64,000 nt of DNA, taken from Chloroflexota bacterium. GTDB lineage: Bacteria > Chloroflexota > Limnocylindria > QHBO01. The position numbers and the translations under genes were made by a program. Of the stretch, positions 37,887 through 45,270 are shown one piece after another. The notes under the pieces were generated by a model that ran no database searches, had not been told where the DNA came from, and worked only from the letters and a program-made list of their open reading frames with translations. The stretch lies in assembly GCA_003243965.1 (NCBI GenBank), contig QHBO01000045.1, forward strand, positions 38,552 through 102,551. The letters run 5' to 3'. Every line of letters starts with the position of its first letter. Position 1 is the stretch's first letter.

Positions 37887-38315
37887 TCAGCCTTCCAGGA
37901 CGCCCTTGAGGTTGTCGAGCGTCCTCACCTCGGAGTCCATCGTCCTCTGGACCGCGCCGCCCATGAGCAGCTTCCGCAGACCGGTGAGCTGCGCGTCCAA
38001 CGAGAACGTGAGTCGCGTGCCGCCGTCGACCGCCTCGAAATCGTAGCGACCGTGGGGACGGGCAGGCCCGGTCACGGTCTGGAACTCGAGCCGCTGATTC
38101 GGCTCGAAGACCGTGATCTCGTAGTCCGCCGAGATGCGCCGGCCCATCGGTCCCTTCACCCCCTGCGCATAGTGCGCCCCCACGCCGTCGCCGGCCACGC
38201 GATGGACGTCGACGACGCCGGGGCGCCACTGCGGGCAGTTCTCACCATCCGCCACGAACGCGAAGACCGCGTCGACCGGACGCTGAATGACGAGCGAGTA
38301 GGTGGCCTGTGGCAT
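37887..38315 (-). CDS. SRPBCC (polyketide cyclase/dehydrase, START-like) family protein
   Basis: 142 aa with the SRPBCC N-terminal pattern (YSLVIQRPVDAVFAFVADGENCPQWRPGVVDV). Confidence 0.65.
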   Translation of the reverse strand: MPQATYSLVIQRPVDAVFAFVADGENCPQWRPGVVDVHRVAGDGVGAHYAQGVKGPMGRRISADYEITVFEPNQRLEFQTVTGPARPHGRYDFEAVDGGTRLTFSLDAQLTGLRKLLMGGAVQRTMDSEVRTLDNLKGVLEG

Positions 38316-38378
38316 GTTGGTCCGCCTCTGGTGGAGCTCGCCGAGGAGCGCTCAAGTCCCCCTGCGATCGCGAAGAGC

Positions 38379-38723
38379 TCAGTAGCTCCGCCGCTGCGTG
38401 CTGAAGCAGTCGCTGCAGTAGACCGGCTTCGCGCCGCTCGGGCGGAACGGGACCTGGGCCTCGCGACCGCAGCTCGCGCACGTCGCGCTGAACATCTCGC
38501 GCGGTCCGCGATCGTAGCCGCGGCTGGTGCCGTAGTCGCCACCCGCGTAGTTGCTGTTGCCGGAATCCCCACGCGAAGCCTTGCGAATCGCGCGGCATGC
38601 CGGGCAGCGACGCGGCTCGCTGAACTGCCGGTCGGCGTAGAACTGCTGCTCGCTCACGGTGAACGAAAACTCCTGGTTGCAGTCGACGCAGGTGAGCGCC
38701 TTGTCGGTGGTGGCGCTGTACAT
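38379..38723 (-). CDS. duplicated CxxC...CxxC zinc-ribbon protein
   Basis: 114 aa with two zinc-ribbon halves (CVDCNQEF...CPACR and CASCGREA...CSDCF) separated by a Gly/Ser/Tyr-rich linker. Confidence 0.55.
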   Translation of the reverse strand: MYSATTDKALTCVDCNQEFSFTVSEQQFYADRQFSEPRRCPACRAIRKASRGDSGNSNYAGGDYGTSRGYDRGPREMFSATCASCGREAQVPFRPSGAKPVYCSDCFSTQRRSY

Positions 38724-38945
38724 GAAAAACCCTCCTGCTCGTGCGGCCCAGCGAACCTATCTCGCCGTGAACCGATGAGAGGGGGTGATCGTGTTGCCGC
38801 GTTTGTATTTCGGCGCCTGACTCGGGCGCGTCACGACAGTCTAGCAGGTGGACCGATTGACCGGTCCACGCCGAGTGGCTGCCTATAATCGCCCGATGGG
38901 GTCCTGCCCAAGCTGCGGCGCGGCGGTCGCGCCGGGAGCGCGTTA

Positions 38946-41900
38946 TTGCGCGAGCTGCGGCGCGGGGCGGCCTCCACGAACGCGGCCGGCGAGGAGCGCA
39001 AGCTCGTCACCATCCTGTTCGCCGACGTCACGAGCTCCACCGAGCTCGGAGACCAGCTCGATCCCGAGCGGCTGCGCATCCTGCTCCAGCAGTATTTCGC
39101 CGCCATGTCCGCGGTCATCGGCTCGTGGGGCGGCACCATCGAGAAGTACATCGGCGACGCGATCATGGCCGTCTTTGGCGTGCCGCAGGCGCGGGAGGAC
39201 GACGCGGCGCGCGCCCTCCACTCCGCGCTCGAGATGCTCGAGCGCCTGGAGGCGGTGAACCGCGAGCTGCTCGAGCGGCACGGGGTGAAGCTGCGCGTTC
39301 GCATCGGGGTCAACTCGGGCGAGGTGATCGCTCCGATCGCCGCAGCCGAGGCGGGGCAGTTCCTCGTCTCGGGCGACGCGGTCAACGTCGCCGCGCGCCT
39401 GGAGCAGGCCGCCGAGCCCAACACGATCGTGGTCGGTGAGCGCACCTACCTCGCGGCGCGACACGCGTTCACCTTCGGTGAGCCGATGGCGCTCGAGCTG
39501 AGGGGCAAGCCCCGGCCGGTGGCGGCCAGAACCCTTCTTGGCGCGCTTCCGGAGGCGGAACGGGGCCTGCCGGGCCTCCAGGCGTCGATGGTCGGGCGTG
39601 ATCGGGAGCTCGTCTCCCTCCTCTCCGTTCTCGACGACGCGGTCGAGACGGGGCAGCCGCGGCTGGTGGTCATCTACGGCCCGGCCGGCATCGGCAAGAG
39701 CCGACTGGTTCGCGAGCTGGTCGGCGCGGCCGAAGCACGCCCGGGTGGGGTGCGCATCCTGCGCGGCCGCTGCCTGGCGGCGGGCCACGGAATCACCTTC
39801 TGGGCCCTTGGCGAGTGGCTGCGCGCCGCGTGCGATATCTCGCTCCAAGATCCGGTCGAGCTTGACCGCGAGCGCCTGCGGGACGGGGTCAACGCCACAC
39901 TGGCGGCCCTCACGCTGACCCCGCCCGAGGCCGAGGAGACGCTCCACGCGCTGGCCACGACCGCAAACATCGATCTACCCGGAAGCCCGCTCGACGCCCT
40001 GCCGCCGCGCGACGTGGCTGAGGCAATGGCGCGGGCCTGGCCGCGCTTCGCCGCGGGGTTGGCGGCACGCGAGCCCACGGTGCTGATCGTGGAAGATCTG
40101 CACTGGGCAGACGATCAGATGCTCGAGCTGCTCGGTCACGTGGCCAAGCGCGCCCGCGGGCCGATCGTGCTGGTCACCACCGCCCGGCCGGAGTTTGCAG
40201 AGATGCAGGCCGCGTTGGCCGCCAACGCGGAGGCGATCTCGATCTCCCTCCGACCGCTCACCGATCTGCAGAGCCGCGAGCTGGTTGACGAGCTGCTCAA
40301 CGTGGAGCAGTTGCCGGAGCAGCTCCGCGCCGAGATCCTCGCCCGCGCGGAGGGGAACCCGTTCTTCGTGGAGGAGATCCTGCGCCGACTGATCGACGAG
40401 GCGGTGCTGGTGCGCCGCGACGAGCGGTGGGTCGCCACCTCTGCCGCGGCGGAGGTGAAGCTGCCCGACAGCATCCAGGCGCTGCTGGCGGCGCGGATCG
40501 ACGGTCTGCCGGGCGCGGAGAAGCGCCTGCTGCAGGAAGCGGCGGTGGTTGGCCGGGTGTTCTGGCCGGCCGCGCTGCTCGGCGTCACTGACGGGGAGCA
40601 CCGGACGCTCCTCGACAGTTTGGAGCGGCGCGGGCTGGTCGTGGCGCGACCGACGTCGACCCTGCCCGGACAGACTGAATACCTCTTCCGCCATGCCCTC
40701 ATTCGCGACGTCGCCTATGCCAGCGTGCCTCGCGCCCGGCGCGCCAGCGCCCATGCCGACGTGGCCGAGTGGATGGAGCGACTCACCGGCGAGCGAATCG
40801 ACGAGGTCGGTGAGCTGCTCGCCTACCACTACCGTTCGGCCGTCGCCGGCGAGGACGCCGACCTCGCGTGGGTCACCGACCCGGCCCGGCGCGAGGCGAT
40901 CCGCCGGCGGGCGCTCGAGACGCTGCTCCACGCCGGTGCCGACGCCCGCCGCCGATACGCGACCGGCCGCGCGGTGGCGCTTCACGAGCAGGCGCTCGAC
41001 CTTGCGGATGGCCCAGGCGAACGCGCTCGCGTGCTCGAGGAGCTCGGCGATGACCACGACGCGCGGTTCCGCGGCGACGAGGCGCTCGACGCGTACCAGC
41101 GCGCCATCGATGCCGCGCGAGAGGCGGGCACCACCAGCTCCGTGGTCCCGCGGGCCGCCGCCAAGGCGGCCGGCATCGCGCAGCGCTTCGGCGCGTTCCG
41201 CGTCCAGCCGGACCCGGCCCGGCTCGAGGAGCTGGTCGACGAGGGGCTCGAGACGGTGACCGAGGAGCCATTGCGAGCGCGCCTGTTGGCCTCCAGGGCG
41301 AGCATGGTGCAGGTCTGGATGGGCAGCCGCCTCGGGCGCGAAAGCGGAGCGTCGGCCGCCGACCCGATGTCCGCCGAGTATCGAATCGCTGCGGCGGACG
41401 AGGCGCTGCGGATCGCCGCACGACTCGACCTGCCGGAGATCGAGTCCGCTGCGGCGGAGGCGCTGATGGCGCTCTACTGGGCCAACGGCCGGTACGACGA
41501 CTACCAGACGGTGGTCAAAGGCCAGCTGGACCGCGTGTCTCGGCTCCCTTCTGAACGGCAGCGCGCCCAGGTGCGGTTTGCTGCGGCAATGGCCCAGTCG
41601 GAGCGCGGTGCGCTGCGCGATGGTCTGGCCACCGGCCTGGCCGGCCTTGAGATGGCGAGATCGTTGAGCCCCCACGAGATGATGCATGCGAGCTTCTCCG
41701 CCATGCTCCCCGCTTTCCATCTCGGCGAATGGGACCGCGTCCAGGAGCTGTTCGGGCCGCATCTCGAGGCGGAACGCCGCGAAGGCGACGTGCTGTGCAG
41801 CGCGGTGCGCGGCGGGCCGCTCCTCGGAGCATGCGTGCTTGCCCACCGCGGCGACACCGACGGGGCGCGCAGGCTGGTGCCGCCGGAGAGCTACACGAGC

Positions 41901-42077
41901 CAGCGGGCTGCCGCCGCGACCGGAGGCTGCCTGCTGCGCTATGCCGAAGCGATCGGCGATCGCGCGATGGCGGAGGCGTGGCTCGAGAAGCTTGCCGGCC
42001 CGTCGGACAGCCTCGCCGATTGCGCGGCCGAGGTGGCATGTGCTGGCATGGCTGGGCGCCTGGGACCGGCTCCGTGA
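38946..42077 (+). CDS. multidomain signalling protein, paralog of 14634..17861: class III adenylate cyclase + STAND ATPase + TPR-like repeats. Main reading frame only; see the frame-disruption finding.
   Basis: Cyclase motifs LVTILFADVTSSTEL ... YIGDAIMAVFG ... VRIGVNSGEVI and Walker A VIYGPAGIGKSRLV. An in-frame zinc ribbon (MGSCPSCGAAVAPGARYCASCGA, from ATG 38896) lies upstream in the -1 frame. The C-terminal helical continuation runs in the +1 frame to 42384. Confidence 0.8.
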   Translation: MRELRRGAASTNAAGEERKLVTILFADVTSSTELGDQLDPERLRILLQQYFAAMSAVIGSWGGTIEKYIGDAIMAVFGVPQAREDDAARALHSALEMLERLEAVNRELLERHGVKLRVRIGVNSGEVIAPIAAAEAGQFLVSGDAVNVAARLEQAAEPNTIVVGERTYLAARHAFTFGEPMALELRGKPRPVAARTLLGALPEAERGLPGLQASMVGRDRELVSLLSVLDDAVETGQPRLVVIYGPAGIGKSRLVRELVGAAEARPGGVRILRGRCLAAGHGITFWALGEWLRAACDISLQDPVELDRERLRDGVNATLAALTLTPPEAEETLHALATTANIDLPGSPLDALPPRDVAEAMARAWPRFAAGLAAREPTVLIVEDLHWADDQMLELLGHVAKRARGPIVLVTTARPEFAEMQAALAANAEAISISLRPLTDLQSRELVDELLNVEQLPEQLRAEILARAEGNPFFVEEILRRLIDEAVLVRRDERWVATSAAAEVKLPDSIQALLAARIDGLPGAEKRLLQEAAVVGRVFWPAALLGVTDGEHRTLLDSLERRGLVVARPTSTLPGQTEYLFRHALIRDVAYASVPRARRASAHADVAEWMERLTGERIDEVGELLAYHYRSAVAGEDADLAWVTDPARREAIRRRALETLLHAGADARRRYATGRAVALHEQALDLADGPGERARVLEELGDDHDARFRGDEALDAYQRAIDAAREAGTTSSVVPRAAAKAAGIAQRFGAFRVQPDPARLEELVDEGLETVTEEPLRARLLASRASMVQVWMGSRLGRESGASAADPMSAEYRIAAADEALRIAARLDLPEIESAAAEALMALYWANGRYDDYQTVVKGQLDRVSRLPSERQRAQVRFAAAMAQSERGALRDGLATGLAGLEMARSLSPHEMMHASFSAMLPAFHLGEWDRVQELFGPHLEAERREGDVLCSAVRGGPLLGACVLAHRGDTDGARRLVPPESYTSQRAAAATGGCLLRYAEAIGDRAMAEAWLEKLAGPSDSLADCAAEVACAGMAGRLGPAP

Positions 42078-42376
42078 GCTCCTCCCCCGCCTGCGCGGCT
42101 ATTCGGCCGCGGTCGCCCTGGCGGGCCCGGCTGCGGACCGGGCTGCCGCACGGCTCGCGCAGGCCGACGGCGATCTCGGAGAAGCGACCAGGCTGATGGA
42201 CGCTGCCCTCGCCGGCTTCGCACGCCTGGAGGCGATCTTCGACGTGGCGCGCACCGCCGAGGCGCTGGCCGACCTGGACAGGAGCCGTGCAGCGGCGCTT
42301 CGGTATGAGGCCCTGGCGATCTACGAGCGGCTCGGCGCGGCGCCCCACCGCGACCGGATCCGTGCGGCGGTCGGCG

Positions 42377-43240
42377 ATGCCTGAGGCTGCGACGGGCGAC
42401 CCCGGCCGCCGGGCATCGACGCGCGCTGATTCCTCCAGCGCGCTGCGGGCGCGCTTTCGGGCTCTGCATGATGACGGCCTGTTCATCATGCCCAACGCAT
42501 GGGATATCGGGTCCGCGCGGCTCCTCGAGTCACTCGGCTTCCAGGCGCTGGCGACCACCAGCTCGGGCCACGCCGCGGCGCTCGGGCGCCCGGACCAGAG
42601 CGTGTCGCGCGACGAGCTGCTGTTCCACGCCGAAGCACTCGCGGGTGCGATCCACGTCCCGCTGAACGTGGACGCCGAACGCTGCTTCGCAGACGATCCG
42701 GCCGGCGTCGCGCGGACCGTCGAGCTCATCGCGCAGACTGGGGCGGCGGGCTGCTCGATCGAGGACTACGACCCGGCTCACGACGCGATCGATCCGTTCG
42801 GAGTTGCGGTGGAGCGCGTGGCCGCCGCCGCGGACGCGGCGCGGCGTCGCGGAGTGATGCTCACCGCGCGCGCCGAAAACCACCTGCATGGCATCCACGA
42901 CCTGGAGGACACGATTGCGCGGCTGTGCGGCTATCGCGATGCGGGCGCGGAGGTGCTCTACGCGCCGGGCCTTACCGATGCGGCAGCCATCCGGCAGCTC
43001 GTGGAACGCGTCGGGGCGCCGGTGAACGTCCTGGCCCTGCGCGCCGGTCCATCGGTCTCGGAGCTCGCCGCGCTGGGGGTGCGGCGGGTATCAACGGGCG
43101 GAGGCCTGGCGCGAGCCGCCTACGGAGCGCTGATCGCCGGCGCGCGGGAGCTCCAGAGCGCGGGAACCAGCACGTATCTGGACGCGGCCATTCCGGGCGG
43201 CGAGCTGGACGAGGCGCTCAGATCCGTTCGGTCAGGCTGA
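42377..43240 (+). CDS. isocitrate lyase / PEP mutase superfamily enzyme (methylisocitrate lyase- or carboxyphosphonoenolpyruvate mutase-like)
   Basis: 287 aa from ATG 42377. ICL/PEPM TIM-barrel features: FIMPNAWDIGSARLLESLGFQALATTS ... GCSIEDY ... ENHLHG. Confidence 0.7.
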   Translation: MPEAATGDPGRRASTRADSSSALRARFRALHDDGLFIMPNAWDIGSARLLESLGFQALATTSSGHAAALGRPDQSVSRDELLFHAEALAGAIHVPLNVDAERCFADDPAGVARTVELIAQTGAAGCSIEDYDPAHDAIDPFGVAVERVAAAADAARRRGVMLTARAENHLHGIHDLEDTIARLCGYRDAGAEVLYAPGLTDAAAIRQLVERVGAPVNVLALRAGPSVSELAALGVRRVSTGGGLARAAYGALIAGARELQSAGTSTYLDAAIPGGELDEALRSVRSG

Positions 43241-43309
43241 GGGTCCGGGGGCGCGCTGCCGCGTCGGTCTCACGGCCCCTCCGATCTCAGCGGGCGGGGA
43301 CGATCAGCG

Positions 43310-43576
43310 CTAGCTGCGACGCAGCCCGCGCCCCCCGGTCGCGAGGTGCACGACGAGCAGGACGCCCGCTGCCCCGAGGGTGGCGATCAGGATACTTTCA
43401 AGATTGAATCCGTTGACGGAGCCGACGTGGAGCACGTTGGCAGCCACGAATCCACCGAGAATGCCGCCCACGATACCGAGGACGATCATCATCACGAGGC
43501 CCTCTCGGCTGCCGACGATCATGCTGGCGAGAAAGCCGGCGACGGCGCCGACCGCGATCCAAGCGATCCATCCCAT
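43310..43576 (-). CDS. GlsB/YeaQ/YmgE-family small membrane protein (transglycosylase-associated)
   Basis: MGWIAWIAVGAVAGFLASMIVGS ... IVLGIVGGILGGFVAANVL. Typical for the family are the Gly-zipper TM helices and its size of about 88 aa. Confidence 0.6.
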   Translation of the reverse strand: MGWIAWIAVGAVAGFLASMIVGSREGLVMMIVLGIVGGILGGFVAANVLHVGSVNGFNLESILIATLGAAGVLLVVHLATGGRGLRRS

Positions 43577-43690
43577 GTTGCATCCGCTCCTTTTGATTGG
43601 GTGCTTGAGTACAGCAGGTCTGCCTGCTATTGTCAACTGTAGTCACGCGATATCACTATAGGCAACTGCGGACAGCAGTGGGGCCCACCC

Positions 43691-44050
43691 ATGCCAACTT
43701 CCTCCGGCGCCATGCTCCGACAGGCACGAGCGGTGCGAGCGCTATCCCTGACCGATGCTGCTCGCGCCGCGGGCATCTCGCCGGCCTACTTGAGCAGGCT
43801 CGAGAACGACGCAGTCAAGAAGCCCTCGCCACACGTCCTGCATCAGCTGAGCGAAGGGCTGGGGGTGCCCTACGGCGAGCTCATGCGCCTGAGTGGCTAT
43901 CGCCTGCCGGGTCGGCCGGGGCAACACGCAGCAGAAGGTGCGGCCGCGCTGTTCGCCGATCTCACGGACGATGAGCGGGACGAGCTGCTCGAGTATCTGG
44001 CGTGGTACCGGGCCCGCCGGCGCTCACGAGCCCGGGCTCGTGCCGGTTGA
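43691..44050 (+). CDS. XRE-family helix-turn-helix transcriptional regulator
   Basis: N-terminal HTH_3 (LRQARAVRALSLTDAARAAGISPAYLSRLEND). Confidence 0.7.
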   Translation: MPTSSGAMLRQARAVRALSLTDAARAAGISPAYLSRLENDAVKKPSPHVLHQLSEGLGVPYGELMRLSGYRLPGRPGQHAAEGAAALFADLTDDERDELLEYLAWYRARRRSRARARAG

Positions 44051-44102
44051 GCGGCCGCGGCGGGGACGCTGTTGCACGCCCCGCTGAGCCGGGCAACCCG
44101 GC

Positions 44103-44534
44103 TCAGCGGACCGGCCAGCGCTGAAGGACGATCTCCGCGTCGGCGGGATCCATCCGATATCCGCGGACGTCCGCGTCCCAGGTGACAAGGTCCCGGCGCG
44201 CGACGCGCCGCATCACCTTGTTGGGGCCCGCCACGATGCCGGCGAACGCGGTGCCCGTCCGCTTGCCGTAGCGGGCGGCGAGATTCGCGTCGAGGAGCAG
44301 CGCGGTGTCGTGCACCGATAGCTCGGCGACCTCGTGGAGCAGCCGACGGCTGTCGGCGCCGCGGATGGCGTTGAGCACCTCTCCGAGCTGGCGCCGCCGC
44401 AGATCGGCGTGGTTGGCCTGGTCCACCTGGTCGGCGACCGATCCATCCGGCTGCCGCCGTGGTCCCATCACCCAGCGCCAGGCGAGGGCCACGAGCGCCT
44501 CCTCCGTCTCGGCCTCGAATTCCACTCTAGGCAC
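44103..44534 (-). CDS. hypothetical protein (143 aa)
   Basis: Long ORF with coding-like composition, convergent with the XRE regulator. No family recognised. Confidence 0.4.
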   Translation of the reverse strand: MPRVEFEAETEEALVALAWRWVMGPRRQPDGSVADQVDQANHADLRRRQLGEVLNAIRGADSRRLLHEVAELSVHDTALLLDANLAARYGKRTGTAFAGIVAGPNKVMRRVARRDLVTWDADVRGYRMDPADAEIVLQRWPVR

Positions 44535-44718
44535 CTGAAATGTCCTGTACAGCTATGTAACGAATATGGCACGAATATATCACGAGTGGTTTCGTGGTAG
44601 ACTTCGTCCTCGGCTGCAAGGCTGCGAACCGTCTGATCCTCTGGCCCCTCGAACGACGGAGAGCCATCGGCAAACCGCTTCGTATCGACTTAGCCGCATC
44701 GGGGGCAGAGGAGTAGAT

Positions 44719-45024
44719 ATGCGTTACGCCAGACTTTCGACATACGACCTGACCAAGGGCAACTTCGCCGAGCTGACCGGCCTCGCCGAGAAGGGCATCC
44801 TGCCGACCTACGCCAAGGTCCCGGGCTTCGTGAACTTCGGGCTCGTCGATGCCGGCGACCACAAGGTCGTGTCGATCAGCGTGTGGGAGACTCACGAGGA
44901 GGCCGAGAACTCGGTCAGCATGGCCGCCACCTGGATCCGGGAGAACATCGCGGACCGTATTCGGCTCGTGACCACCTCCATCGGTGAGTTGGCCCTCTTC
45001 CGCGGTGTCCCCGTCGCCGCCTAA
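44719..45024 (+). CDS. small ABM (antibiotic biosynthesis monooxygenase)/Dabb-like protein
   Basis: 101 aa from ATG 44719 with a GGCAGAGGAG RBS. A ferredoxin-like pattern (VVSISVWETHEEAENS) is present. The longer ORF-track N-terminus was rejected. Confidence 0.5.
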   Translation: MRYARLSTYDLTKGNFAELTGLAEKGILPTYAKVPGFVNFGLVDAGDHKVVSISVWETHEEAENSVSMAATWIRENIADRIRLVTTSIGELALFRGVPVAA

Positions 45025-45270
45025 CCCAACTCGCGCAGGCGCGCCGGTCGGGCCTACCCACCGGCCTCTGCGCTCGCCGCCACCACCGACCGCTCCGGCT
45101 CGCCGCCGGGGCGGTCGCTGCGTCTTCCCCGGGTGACCGCACGGTCGGCGGCCATTCGAAGCCCGGCGCGCAGCCAAGACCGCGACACCGCCTGGTCCGC
45201 AAGCCGCCCGCGGCAACATGCTTGACTCCCCGCGCCTCGGCGGACGATGCTGCGGTGCTGGAGGCGAAGG

